Assembly (NCBI RefSeq): GCF_006345805.1
Contig: NC_043004.1
Span: 86,180,001 to 86,244,000 of the forward strand
Origin: Octopus sinensis
Taxonomy: Eukaryota
DNA: 64,000 nt
Direction: 5' to 3'
The translations under genes and the position numbers were made by a program. How positions within the stretch are numbered: position 1 is the stretch's first letter; each line of letters starts with the position of its first letter. The notes under the pieces are model-generated. The model worked only from the letters and a program-made list of their open reading frames with translations, did not search any database and had not been told where the DNA came from. Below are positions 11,465 to 25,893 of this stretch, one piece after another.

Positions 11465-13017
11465 GTTTCTTTATTGGCCACAGATAGATAGATAGATAGA
11501 TATTTATTCTATAGATCGGCCCTCGAGGGGATAAATGGGAAACAAAACCGACTCGCTCCAACGAGATGAGAGATTGTTATTGAGAAAACGTCAAACGACG
11601 ACACAGCAACCGAAATACCGCAAGGCATTTCTCTCTCCATGTCTGAGACCCGTCAACTGATTCAGGCATATTGCCACCATCACCAGCATCGCCTCCATCA
11701 CCACTACCACCGTCGCCATCGCCGAAGCCGGCTGATGACGTTGCTGGCGGAGACGGTGGAGGGGGGGGGGTGAGTTGATGTCTCCAAACATTTTTCTTCA
11801 GGGCGATATCAATGATAACACGCACACACAAGCATACACATAAACACATACACAAACACACACACCGCACGCATACATGTACGCACATCTACACACTACT
11901 CGTTACAAGCCAACATCCATCCGACTCAGACTTACCCCCCACACACACACACACACTATCATAGAGACATTCGCCTCGCCCTCTCTCCCACTCTCTCTCA
12001 ACCTTTCTCCCTCCCCTCCTTGATCTCTTTGTCTCCCTCGTCCATTCCTGCCTTCTCTCTCTCTCTCTCTCTCTCTCATTCGCTCTCCCCTCCTTCCCAT
12101 CTCATTCTCCTTACCTCTTATTCTCCCCTGTCTCTTTCTCTCTCTCTCTCACTACATCCCTCTACCTCCCTTCGCTTCCCTCTCTTTCTCCTTCCCTCTG
12201 CTTTTCTTCCCTTCCCTATCTCTTTCTCCCTCCCCACCTCTTTCTCTCTCCCAACCTCCCTCTCCCTTTATATCCCCTCTTCATATACCACCCTCCTCCT
12301 CCTACCTCCATCAAGAAACGCAACTTCCATTCCAGACATTAACACACTGACACACAACTTCCACCACCACCACCACCACCTGCATCTCCACCACGTCCAC
12401 CTCCATCGCCAACATTCCCACCACCACCTCTAATTATCACTTCTCCTCTACCTTTCCCTCTCTCCTATACGTCTACATCACTCTCAGTCACTCTCCGTCT
12501 TTCTCTCTACCAGTTTGTCTATCTCTCCCTCTAAAAAATCTCCCTCTTCCTCTCTCCATCTCTTTCTATCCCTCATACTACCACCCCTACTCTCTATTAC
12601 CTCTTCTTGTTCTCTTTTCATCTCATTTCCTTCTGTTACTTTCCAGCTTCTTCCTCGTCTTTCTTACTCTTTATCTCTCTTCCCCACTCCTTTCCTTCTT
12701 TCTTTCTATCTTTATTTCCATTTCTCTTACCCTTCCTCTTTCGCTTACACTTCTTCGTTATCCTTTCTCTTTTTCTTTCCTCCACATTTTCTTCAGGGCG
12801 ATATCGACACGCACGCACACAAACACATACACAAATACACGCACACACACACACACACACATGCGCATGCATGCATGTACGCACATACACACACTGCTCG
12901 TTACAAACCAACATTCATCTAACACAGACTTACCTCACACAGCCCTATCTTTCTCTCTCTCTATCTAATCTTTCTCTCTATATATTCTCTCTCTGTTTGT
13001 CTCTCACCCTCTCTCCC

Positions 13018-13084
<67 letters not shown>

Positions 13085-13206
13085 ATAAATATAAATATAT
13101 ATGTATATTTATATATCTATGTATATATATGTGTGTATGTATGTCGATCACTTTACTATCTTGTTTGTCTATCTATCTATCTATCTATTTATCTATCTAT
13201 CTATCA

Positions 13207-13254
<48 letters not shown>

Positions 13255-13275
13255 CTCTGTCTATCTCTCTCTCTG

Positions 13276-13313
<38 letters not shown>

Positions 13314-13791
13314 ATCTATCTATCTATCTATCTATATCTATCTATCTATCTATCTATCTCTCTGTCTATCTCTATCTATCTATCTATCTACCTCTTGTTT
13401 CCCCTCTATCCTCTGTCTCCACATTGCTTCATGCCATCACCCACCACCACCACCACCACCACCACCACCACCACCCTAACTTCCACACAAACCATACAAA
13501 TTTTCTCACGCGACGTGGAGGTTAAACTGACATACACGTGTGTAGTAACAGCGCATAAACATATGTGAAAATATAAACATAGTCAGGGAAATATACATGT
13601 ACGCATGCATATATATATGTGTGTGTGTGTATAGATATGTGTGTGCGTGTATACATATATGTATATTCGTATATATGTACATTCATATGCCTATATATAC
13701 ATAATAATGGACATATGAGCTGTCACTCATGTATATGCATATTTACACTCAAAACAATTTCTCTCTCTGTCTCCCGATTAATCTACCTATG

Positions 13792-13839
<48 letters not shown>

Positions 13840-13919
13840 CATCTGTCTTTCTCTGTATATGTGAACACAAGCACACACACATACATGTATACACACACAT
13901 ACATACATACTCTTACTCT

Positions 13920-14125
13920 TTTACTCTTTTACTTGTTTCAGTCATTTGACTGTGGCCATGCTGGAGAACCACCTTTAGTCGAACAAATCGACCCCAGGAC
14001 TTATTCTTTGTAAGCCTAGTACTTATTCTATCGACCTCTTTGCTGAACCGCTAAGTTACGGTGGACGCAAACATACCAGCATCGGTTGTCAAGCGATGTT
14101 GGGGAGACAAACACAGACACAAACG
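13920..14125 (-). mobile_element. SINE family A, 3' half
   Basis: ttttacttgtttcagtcatttgactgtggccatgctggag..aagttacgg..accagcatcggttgtcaagcg is the reverse complement of the family tail. Confidence 0.8.
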
Positions 14126-14184
14126 TATACACACACATACATACATACATACATACATACATACATACATACATACACACACAC

Positions 14185-14234
<50 letters not shown>

Positions 14235-17200
14235 ATGGTTCTCACCTTAGATGGAACAGTTGGGACTTTTAGAACAGTGCAATGACGTCCAATTCGAGGT
14301 ATAACTCTCAATTCCAAAGTTTAGTACCAGTCTCTCCAATATCTTCCACACACATACCACTGCATACCTCTTCCGTCTTCGATCCAGGGAGTAGAGTCAT
14401 AGCTCTTCCAGTCTCTCTCAGTAGCTCACGTGTTCCATTGATGCAATCTTCCTCGTGTAGCATCGCTGAACCACCTCAAGTTCCGCTATTAATCCGACAC
14501 TGTAAGGTGACCACAGTTGAGAGCAGTAGTCCATACGGCTGTGGACAAATATCCTCCATAGGACCAGCATAATTTATGGTCCCTTCTTCTGAATGTCCTC
14601 AGAATCGATTCGGCCTTTCACCTGCACACTGCCACCATCTTGGTGATATGCATGTGAAACGAGGCATCGTTGCTCATATCAATCCCAAGATCACGCACCA
14701 TATGTGATTCTAGGATTTCCGCTCCTTTTGGTCCAAAGTATCGTTGTTGTGACTTCTGAGCAACAATTACCTCAAAGCGGTGGGCTTGGAATTTGCCTGC
14801 AAAAATTGTATGTTGTTGACCTCAGCCCATTTATATATGGCATCTAGGTCTTTCTGTAGAAGATTAGCATCAGAAGGTTCCTTGACTGCTTGTTCTACTT
14901 TTGTGTCGTCGGCATAGCTAGACAGTATGGATATCTGTGTAACTGATGGCATGTCTGAAAGAGCCACCATGAACAGTAGTGGCCCCAATACAGTTTCCTG
15001 GGGTACTCCACTTGCTATTATTTTCTCCTTGGAGAGGGTTCCGTTGGTTGCTACAGCCTGGCTTCTGTCTTTTAAGGAGCCATGCAACCACTCTCCGATT
15101 TTTCCAGTTATGCCTAATCTCCGTAGCTTTTAACATATCATCCTATAATCCACCTTATTAAAGGCCTTTGCAAAGTCGAGATATATCGTATCCACGTTTG
15201 AGTGATTCATTAATCGTTTCAACACCCAGTCATAGTGCTGCACAAGCTGTATAAAGCAGCTTCTTCCGGAGCGAAAGCCGTGCTGGGTGTCAGGAAGCAA
15301 GTCATTATCTTCAAGGAATGCAACTAGTTCCTTCCTGACAATGTAGTCCATGACTTTGCTGACATTGTAAGTTACAGAAACAGGTCTATAATTTTTAGCA
15401 TCTGCTCTGCTACCTCCCTTATAGATAGGACATATTATGCCTTCCTTTCACTTTTTGGGAAGTCTCCCAGATGTGAGGAAGCTCTGGAAGAGAATCTGAA
15501 GTGGTCTTACTAGAACCCGTTTGCATTTCTTTAGGAGGATTTCTGGGGATCCTTCAGGGCCTGTTGCTGAGTTTGAGCTCATTTCATTAATGGCTGATAT
15601 CACATCAGTGTCCTCTATGCTGATACTACCAATAATTGCCATTTCGTTGTGCAGAGTTGTGGAGCCAAAGAATTCATCAGTTGCTTGCAAGTGTCCCAAT
15701 GAAGTGGTGAAGACACTCTTGTACTGCACATTCAGTGTTTCACTAATCCTCTGGAGGTCTGCAGTCGGCGAGCCATTTTCTTCGAATAGTGACTCTATTT
15801 TGTACCATGCTGAAGCAGACTTTTTTGCATATCTATAGAAGGCTTTAGGGTTCGTCTTAATATTTTTGACAACCTTGGTTTCCTTTTCTACCCTCTCCTT
15901 TTCATGGGAGTGTTTGAATTCATTTTCGATCTCGACCTATGTTTGTTTGAGATAGGATCGTTTGTGATCCTTTAGTAGCCCATTTAGACGATTTGAGATG
16001 TTTGCTCGTCGTCTCATTAGAATCCTCCTATCCCTGGGTGTTATATCTTTCTGCTGGCTTGCTATTTTCTCTAGAGTAAACTTATTGCATATGTCATGCA
16101 TGATTGTCAAAGTGTTAGAGCTTTATGTCAATGCATAGAGAGATTGGCAGACCAGTTTTATTCCATGACCCCTTTTTTGATACCCTTCCAATCAGTTTTG
16201 TGAAAGTTCAAGCTGGAGAGAAGTTGGGTGATCCTTGTAGCCTGCATATCTGTAATCTTCTGTGGACCATACATTGTTATGATTCGAGAAAATCGTCGGT
16301 GTTACCTTAACATTATGGATGATAGCCGAAATCCAGAACATTTTAAACCTCTTGTTGGGTGGGGCACTATTTGCTCCAAGAACATGTTAGGGAGGTCAAG
16401 CAGAGATTCTGAATGTCTCAGGCCATGCAGTGACATACCTGAAAGAAGGTGGCCCTCAGGCCATTTGACATAAGGGATGTTGAAATCCCCTAGAAGAAGT
16501 ATGTGCAGGCTGTCATCCAGGTTGGCTAATACTTCTTTCATTTGTTGGAGGTTCTCTTGAGCTGAATCCTCATGATTGGAAGCATCTGGTGGGTGATACG
16601 TGGTATTTATTACTATTTTTATTTGTTTAATGAGCACCACCAGAGTGTCACAGATTGAGTTTGAGTGTGACAGCAGGACCACAGGTGTGACATCTTCCCG
16701 GATGTACATTACCACTCCACTATGAGTCCTTTCTCTCCTGTCCTTTCGAAATACAACATACCCTGGCATGTGTATCTCAGCATCTGATGTGGTGTCCATG
16801 CTTTTTTTCTGTTAGTGACACCCATATTGCTTGATTACATGCCACTAAGTCTCTCAGGTACTGTGTTTTGCGTTGTTGGGACGTTACGAGGCCCCTGATG
16901 TTCAGCAAGAGTACTGGTATGACACGTAGGTTTTTGGTAGTGGCTACTGATCTGACATGTGCAGAAGTGTCAGAGGTAGCCACCCTGGATCCTTTGTTGT
17001 TTGACGTCGTCACGAATACCGGTAATTGTTCCTCATACTGGATGTTTGGTAAAGTCAGGGCAGCTGCCTTACAATGTTCTGTGCAACCTCCAAAAAGCTT
17101 GTTGTTCAGCAGCATTCACAGTTTGTTTCCTCTTAAGAGCTGAGCGTGTACCATCCACACATGTCCATGGTAGTGGCATTGTATCAACGACTCTGTGTCG

Positions 17201-17290
17201 CTGGAGGTTGTTCTTCCTGGTCTTCAGGCGAGTGGAACGAGTACTGCTCCCATTGGATTTGGGGTGAGCAAACCTGCAGCCTGTCCCAGT
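14235..17290 (-). mobile_element. Decayed CR1/L2-group LINE (APE + RT), many stops and frameshifts
   Basis: APE: MPGYVVFRKDRRERTHSGVVMYIRE, LLLGDFNIPYVKW; RT: QHGFRSGRSC, IYLDFAKAFNKVD, SGVPQETVLGPLLF, SSYADDTKV; 3' end lost at the microsatellite near 14235. Confidence 0.9.
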
Positions 17291-17589
17291 TATAAATTAC
17301 GAGAGAGATAGTATGATGAAATTTATTTAAATATAGGAAAATACATATTTCATAACAAATTGTTTCGTAACTCAAAACATGTAACGATAATATATCTTAT
17401 TATGTTTCGTAATAAGTAAGTTGCATATATGTCTGCATTAATACAAATAATCTTTAAAACTTGCAGAAATTAAGCAACATCCTCAGGTGAAAGAAAAAAA
17501 TTGTTTTAAAGGATTATTTGTATAAAGCAGATATATAAGTAACTTATTTATTATTAAACATAATAAAATATATTATCTTTACATGCTTA

Positions 17590-18430
17590 AAGTTACGAAC
17601 AATGTGTTGTGGCATTTCAATTTTCCTATAATTAAATAAATTTCCTCATACTATTTCTCTCGTCATTTATAATTGTATTTACTCCTTATGGTTTTCTCCT
17701 GTATCGTACAATATACTAAATATGCTTTATAGAATGATGCATTTTTCCATGCGTACTACCGGATTACTTAAATCCATATATTGTGACTTAAAAACATGTT
17801 CTATGTGGCAGACTTGATAATTGTCAAGGGATTTCTCTCATAACCTGAAACTAATGGTAACTTTAGCCCATGAATAAAGTGAATAAAGAATATCCAATGC
17901 GATGTATATTTGAAAAACGCCGCCGCCGTGGTGATCTCATTCTCGCCCACAGCATCATAAGCGGAAAGTGTAACCTCTCGAAAGAGCTGTTCTTCACTCC
18001 TGCTCCAGAGCGTCGGCTGCGGGGTCATTCCGAAAAGCTCTACCTGCGACGATTTCATCTCAATCGAAGGAGAGGAGCATTCTCCGTCCGGGTTGCGGAT
18101 CCGTGGAACAAGCTGCCAGACGAGATGGTGAAGATGCCGACGACCGCTTTGTTCAAAGCCTCCCCGGACCTCAAGTGGCCTGAACTCTTTACATGAACAC
18201 CACCCTGTACTTAACTCCATGTCCCCCTACATGGCCTTGCTATTTGCTTTTGAGCCAATTAACTAACTAACTAACTAACATATATTATATATTATATATA
18301 TATAATATATATATTATATATATTATATATATATATATATTATATATATATATATTATGAGAATGTATAGAATAAGTATCCTATAGAAATTCAACTGATA
18401 AAGATGGAGAAGAGAAGATGTTAAAATTCT
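17590..18430 (+). repeat. Copy 1 of a local direct duplication, carrying a LINE insertion
   Basis: 17590-17910 is nearly identical to 19983-20300; 18355-18430 matches 20338-20415. Confidence 0.85.
17911..18280 (+). mobile_element. 5'-truncated CR1-type LINE 3' end with (CTAA)n tail
   Basis: Translates EKRRRRGDLI..RLRGHSEKLYLRRFHLNRRRGAFSVRVADPWNKLP..FKASPD, a typical CR1 RT C-terminus; tail aactaactaactaac. Confidence 0.9.
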
Positions 18431-18619
18431 TAACATCTCTTCTTCATATTTAACAGTTTGTTGAGTTTCTATAGAACACTTGTTTTATAAATTTTCATAA
18501 CACACCTTATACTTGTTGCGTTTTCATATTCGCCAGTAAGATGGCAATGAAATATGAAGAATCTTTATTAGAAATCGACCTTTGGAAGCTTCCAAAGTAG
18601 AGGATGAAATAGAACTCAA

Positions 18620-18685
<66 letters not shown>

Positions 18686-18826
18686 TATGTTTTATGTATA
18701 TATGTATGTATGTATGTTTGTATATATGTATGTATGTATGTATGTTTGAATGTATATAGATTCTTCGTTTTTATTATATTGGAATAATGACCCTCCCAAG
18801 GCAACAATACATGTGTGTATATAGAT

Positions 18827-19110
18827 GTTAGTTAGTTAGTTAATTTGGCTCAAAAGCAAATAGCAAGGCCATGTAGGGGGACATGGAGTTAAGTACAAGG
18901 TGGTGTTCATGTAAAGAGTTCAGGCCACTTGAGGTCCAGGGAGGCTTTGAACAAAGCGGTCGTCTCCGCAACCCGGACGGAGAAATCTCCTCTCCTTCGA
19001 TTGAGATGAAATCGTCGCAGGTAGAGCTTTTCGGAATGACCCCGCAGCCGACGCTCTGGAGCAGGAGTGAAGAACAGCTCTTTCGAGAGGTTACACTTTC
19101 CGCTTATAAT
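18827..19110 (-). mobile_element. Inverted second copy of the same CR1-type 3' end, with internal deletion
   Basis: Reverse complement of ~17955-18280, lacking the WNKLPDEMVKMP segment. Confidence 0.9.
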
Positions 19111-19577
19111 GTGTACATATGTGTGTGTGTATGTGTGTGCATGTATATGTGTATGCATATGTGTGTGCGCGTGTGTGTGCATAAGTGTGTGAATGTGTGG
19201 TTCTACCGTGTATGTGTCTTTGGGATTGTATAGGTCCCCGATATCGCTTGACAGCCGGTGCTGAATTATTTATATCCCCGTCAACTTAGCGGTTCATCAG
19301 AAGAGGCCGATAAAATGCTTACAAGGCTTATGAAATTAATAAGTCCTGGGAGTCGATCTGATCAACTAAAAACCCATCAATGCAACGTGCCAGCATGGCC
19401 GCAGTCAAATGACTGAAACAAGTAAAAGACAAAACATAAAATATATTTATATAGGTGCAGGAGTTGCTGTGTGGTAGGAAGCTTGCTTCCCAACCACATG
19501 GTTCCGGGTTCAGTCTTGGACACGTATCTTCTACTATAGCCTTGCACTAAAGCCTTGTGAGTGGATTTTGTACATAC

Positions 19578-19619
<42 letters not shown>

Positions 19620-19625
<6 letters not shown>

Positions 19626-19895
19626 TAAGATTGTGTAACGGGTGGGAACAGCCTGATGTCGGTGAATATTGAAGTGGTGCCGAAACTCACGCTGAACTGC
19701 AGTGACAGACTCGTTATTCTTCACATAACTGTCATAGGCAAACACGTGATGCTCTATCGTCCACAGCGCCATGACTTCACCTGAAAATAAAAAAAGAATT
19801 GCTAAAACACCATGGACCGAATGGTACCTGTCGGACATATGTCCTGCCCCACGGGGCTGAGTAATAGCAATTTCGAAAATGTCCACCCTCTCTGA
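19620..19895 (-). mobile_element. Tc1/mariner-type transposon 5' fragment
   Basis: ATG at 19772 gives MALWTIEHHVFAYDSYVKNNESVTAVQREFRHHFNIHRHQAVPTRYTIL, resembling DUF4817-type N-terminal HTH of Tc1/mariner transposases; left end abuts (TA)n. Confidence 0.75.
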
Positions 19896-19982
19896 ATATA
19901 TATATATATATGAAATTGCGAAGATAATCTGGTACTCGACTGAGGAAAAAAAACTTCGAATGACCCATCGTTGTTTTCTTTA

Positions 19983-20319
19983 AGTTACGAACAATGTGTT
20001 GTGGTATTTCAATTTTCCTATAATTAAATAAATTTCCTCATACTATTCCTCTCGTCATTTATAATTGTATTTACTCCTTATGGTTTTCTCCTGTATCGTA
20101 CAATATACTAAATATGCTTTATAGAATGATGCATTTTTCCATGCGTACTACCGGATTACTTAAATCCATATATTGTGACTTAAAAACATGTTCTATGTGG
20201 CAGACTTGATAATTGTCATGGGATTTCTCTCATAACCTGAAACTAATGGTAACTTTAGCCCATGGATAAAGTGAATAAAGAATATCCAATGCGATGTATA
20301 TATATATATATTATATATA

Positions 20320-20360
<41 letters not shown>

Positions 20361-20415
20361 GAGAATGTATAGAATAAGTATCCTATAGAAATTCAAACTG
20401 CTAAAGATGGAGAAG
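19983..20415 (+). repeat. Copy 2 of the local duplication (empty site)
   Basis: Same sequence as 17590-18430 but with only (TA)n where copy 1 has the LINE fragment. Confidence 0.85.
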
Positions 20416-20689
20416 AGAAGATGTTAAAAATTTGTCCGTATGTTTTGCGTTCTTGTCCCATTTTGCATTATATATATATATATTAGAAGAAATGAGGTAC
20501 TCAGAAATTCGGATGGTTTTATATTTACACATATTTATTTGTATATTACATGTTTTTATACATCATATAACTTAGATCATGTATATATATGCACACACAC
20601 ACGCAAACACACATACATATATACACAGGCACAAAAATTATACACATAACGATATAAATATGCATACCTACATGTATATGTGCTGGTTG

Positions 20690-21000
20690 TCTACTCTTCA
20701 TGCAGAGTTTGACCACCTCCTGTACCTACACTTTAGCACCCTCTTGGCATCTGATGTGGCTTTTTAAACCAGACGATGTTTTGAAAAGAGACACACATAA
20801 ATTGCACATCCGATTTGGACCACCAAGAGCTGCAGATCAGTTCTGCTCTTTGTGGGTCTTAAAATGTCTTTTGATGCTGCCGTTGGATTTGCAAATCTTC
20901 TGTCATACAGTGCATTGAAAGGTGTGCACAGGCATATAGGCAGAATAGCTGGTGGAGGTTCATTTTCCATGCGTACGCAGATGAGATTTTCTACATGCAC
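20690..21000 (-). mobile_element. Degenerate LINE 3' end (probably RTE) with C2H2 zinc-finger remnants
   Basis: A minus frame reads FQCTV*QKICKSNGSIKRHFKTH and MCNLCVSLFKTSSGLKSHIRCQ, then an RTE-like 3' end ggtggtcaaactctgcatgaagagtagacaacc. Confidence 0.65.
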
Positions 21001-21012
21001 ACACACACACAT

Positions 21013-21072
<60 letters not shown>

Positions 21073-21374
21073 CATACACGTATACATAAAGTTATACATC
21101 AAATATAGACAACCACATATATATGCACACACATACACATACGCACTCATACGCACACATTTACATATAAATACACATGCACATACCCCATACTTACATA
21201 CATTGAAACATACATTCACACATACACACATACACAGACATATACACACACATACATACAGGCATATATATATACACACATGCATACATACATATATACA
21301 TACATATAATCATACAAGCACACATACATATATACATACAGATACATGCATACATACATGCACACACACACACA

Positions 21375-21448
<74 letters not shown>

Positions 21449-21479
21449 CTCCTATCTATCAAGATAACATTCCTCTCCA

Positions 21480-21990
21480 CAGCAGCAGTGGTTTTATCAA
21501 ACTAAACTTTCAACTCAGCCAATTCTTCTTAACTTCCCGGCTACTCACCCCCTCTCCCTCCACCCATCTCCACAAACTTAATTCTTCTTTTCCTTCTTCC
21601 ATTCTTCTTCGTCTTCTTTTTCTTCTTGTCCTTCGTTTTCTACTTCTTTTTCTTCAGTTTTTCTTCAATCCTGCAATTCTTCTTCTCTTCTTCTTCTTCT
21701 TCTTCTTCTTCTTCTTCTTCTTTTCTTCTTCTTCTTCTTCTTCTTCTTCTTCTTCTTCTACACTTGCTCTTCCTTCTCCTTCTCCTTCTCCTCCCTCTCT
21801 TCCTCCTCATCCGCTTCTTTTCTTTCTCTTCCTCCTTCAATTCTTGTTGTTCCACTTCTTCCTCTTCTTCTTTCCTCTTTCTTCCTCTTTCTTCTCTTTC
21901 TTCTACTTTGTCCTTCTCTACTTCATCTTCCTTTTTGTTCTTCCTTCTCCTCTTCTTCTCATAAACACCATCACCACTACCACCACCACC

Positions 21991-22056
<66 letters not shown>

Positions 22057-22078
22057 GCAGCCACTACTACTACTACTA

Positions 22079-22117
<39 letters not shown>

Positions 22118-22136
22118 ACTACTACTACTACTGCAG

Positions 22137-22184
<48 letters not shown>

Positions 22185-22581
22185 TTTATTCTTCTTTCTT
22201 CTTCTCACTGTCTTCTTTTTCTCTCCTCCTCCTCCTCTTCGTCCCCGTCCTCCCCTCCTCCGTCTTCCTCCTTCCTGTATTTGTTATCTTCGTCTTTTTG
22301 AAAACTTCTTTACCATTTCTGTTGTCATCGCAATTTTGACATCAGCGGCAGCAACGGCAGCAGCGGCAGCAGCGGCAGCAGCGGTGGCAGCAGCACCAGT
22401 AGCAGTCGCGATGACAGTCACTCTCAATACATACACCCTGCCACTAACAATCATCATCATCATCATCATCATCGTCGTCGTCGTCGTCGTCGTCGCCATT
22501 TTCCTTGTCATTAGCAAATGGCATCCATACAACCAGTATGACACGGCAGTAGCAGCCGGAACTGCAGTAATAGGTGTATGC

Positions 22582-22634
<53 letters not shown>

Positions 22635-22868
22635 ACATCATCATCATTATCATCATCGTCGTCGTCGTCGTCCGTAAGCGGCAGCAGATTATTACTACTT
22701 ATACCCACACCCGTACCCGTACCCCATACCCGTACAAACGCACTTCGCTTTGCGACGCTCAACCACTTTTAATCAGAATCGCAATGCCACCAACCGTCAC
22801 CTGCACCACCACCACCACCACCACTACCACCACCACTACCTCTATCTTCCACTATCTTCGTCTCCATC

Positions 22869-22904
<36 letters not shown>

Positions 22905-23055
22905 TTCATCTTCATCTTCATCTTCATCTTCATCACCATCACCGTTGCCACCACTGCCGCCGCCGCCATCATCATCATTATCACAACCGTCTCCACGACA
23001 ACTAGCATCTCGATCACTATGTCTTCATCATCATCATCATTATCCTTATCACCAC

Positions 23056-23102
<47 letters not shown>

Positions 23103-23454
23103 CTGAAGCACTATCAGCAGCAACACCAGCACCAGCAACAGCACCATTATCATCATCATCATCGTCAATGACAACGACTACAACAACCTCAATGCCGTAA
23201 TCTTTGACGAGGATCAAGATCTCTAAGTGGTCCCTCGACTTTGCTAGACATAACTACCAAATCTTCCTCAAATTACCCACAGCTCCCGTTTTTAAAAATA
23301 AATGTATTCCCCCCAACCCCTGTTATAAATGTAGTCTGCGCTATGGTATCTGAACAATGGTATCCTTACAAGACAGGATGGTCACGGCTAGAACACCTTT
23401 GATTGTTATTAGGTTTGTTCCATCATTTAAGTTTTATTTACTTGGTCTTAAATA

Positions 23455-23510
<56 letters not shown>

Positions 23511-24279
23511 GACTACGACTACGACTACTACTACTTCTGCTGCTACTACTATTACGGATACTACTACTACAACTATGGCGACGGCGACGACAGCTACTAC
23601 TACTTCTACTACGTCTACTACTACGACAACTACTGCTATGACTACTAGTATTACTACTACTATCATCATAACAAACACTAGTATCACCATTGGTACTACC
23701 ACCAGTACCACCACAACCATCACCACTGCTACTCACTGCAACTACTACAACTTCTACTACTAGTACTATTACTACCACTTCTACTACTACCATTAGTACT
23801 ACCACTACTACAACTTCTGCTACCGATACTACTACTACTACTACTACTACTACTACATAACTACTGCTACTGCTGCTAAAACAACGATGACAACGACAAC
23901 GGTAAGATGTAAACAAAGAAAAATGCAAAACCAAAAACAAACAAACAAAATGACAACAACGTAAACACTGAAACATGTCCGACTACTGCAGCAGTGTCAA
24001 CATTTACACACGACATTTTCTGCATCATCATCATCATCGTCGTCGTCGTAATTAATCATCATCATCATCATCATCATCATTATCATTATCATCATCATCA
24101 TCATCATCATTCTCCTCTTCATCATCATCATCATCCTTATCATCATCTTCATCCTCCTCATCATCATCATCATCCTTATCATCATCATCATCCTCATCAT
24201 ACTCATCATCATCTTCTTCATCATCATTATCCTCCTCATCATCATCATCATCTTCATCATCGTAATCGTCGTCGTCATT

Positions 24280-24321
<42 letters not shown>

Positions 24322-24840
24322 TATCACCACCATCATCCTCATCATACTCATCATCATCATCTTCATCATCATTATCCTCATCATCATCATCATCTTCTTC
24401 ATCATCGTAATCGTCGTCGTCATTAATCATCATCATCATCATCACCACCACCACCACCGCCATCATCGCCATCGTCGTCGTCGTCATTAATTATCACACC
24501 TAACATCGTCATCGCCATCGTCATCATCATCATCATCATCATCATCATCGCTATTACTATCATCATCATCGTAGCCAAACATCCAGTAGTAAACTAGACC
24601 TTGAAATAGTGACTGAGAGCATCAGCATCATCACCACCATCAACAGCAGCAGCAGCAGCAGCAGCAGCAGAGCAGCAACAGCCGCAGCAGCTGCTGCAGC
24701 ATTTGTAGTAATAGTAGTAGTCACAGTGGAGACAGTGTCGCTAATGACAACTACCCTGAAGGTGCCTCTATGTGGTCATTTGAATCGCTAAAAATAGCGG
24801 CAGCAGACAATTTCCTTCGAATCACACCCCAGTCATCCGT

Positions 24841-24871
<31 letters not shown>

Positions 24872-25243
24872 CGGGAGGGATAAGGCAAAGAGAAGGAGAG
24901 ACAGAAGAACAGAGAGAGGGTGGGAGGGAGTTAGAAAGGAAGGGCGGAGGAGGAGGAGGAGGAGGAAGTGGAGGAGGAGGGGAGCACATTCGATGATTGG
25001 ATCTCAGTTGCCGCCAAAAATGACTGGAATGCGTGTGTTCGTCGTGGAGCAGGGTTGACCTGGGGCTAAATTAAGAACAACAGCAACAACAACAACAGCG
25101 TAACCGTAATAAAGGAAACGTTACTACGAATTGTATATCGTAGTAAAAATCAAGTTCACCGTGACTACAGCAGCAGCAGCACTACTGGTGGTGGTGGTGG
25201 TGGTAGTGGTGGTGGATTGGTAGTGGTGGTGGTAGTAGTAGTG

Positions 25244-25278
<35 letters not shown>

Positions 25279-25651
25279 TGCAGTAGTAGTAGTAGCAGCA
25301 GCAGTAGTAGTAATAGTAGTTGCAGCATTAGCAGCAGTATAAGTAGTAGTAGTAGTAGTATTATAGTATAGTAGTAGTAGTAATAGTAGTAGTGTAGCAG
25401 TAGTAGTAATAGTAGTGGCAGTAGCACCAGTAGTAGTAGTAATAGTAGTAGTTGGGAGTAGTAGTAGTAGTAGTGTAGTTGCAGTAGTAGTAGTAGCATA
25501 GTAGTATAGTAATAGTAGTTGCAGCATTAGCAGCAGTATAGTAGTAGTAGTAGTAGTAGTAGTAATAGTAGTAGTAGTAGTAGTAGTTGTAGTAGCAGTA
25601 GTAGTAATAGTAGTGGCAGCAGCACCAGTAGTAGTAGTAGTAATAGTAGTA

Positions 25652-25689
<38 letters not shown>

Positions 25690-25858
25690 TGCAGTAGTAG
25701 TAGTAGCAGCAGCAGTAGTAGTAATAGTAGTTGCAGCATTAGCAGCAGTATAAGTAGTAGTAGTAGTAGTAATAGTAGTAGTAGTAATAGTAGTAGTAGT
25801 TGTAGTAGTAGTAGTAGTAGTAGTCGTAGCACCACCACCACCAGTAGTAGTAGTAGTA

Positions 25859-25893
<35 letters not shown>

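Noticed and set aside
11577-11888. Gly/Asp-rich minus-strand ORF with a nearby GGTAAGT motif (~11931-11937)
   Set aside because: Low complexity, the GT motif lies upstream of the ORF in a duplicated block, and no coherent exon structure emerges.
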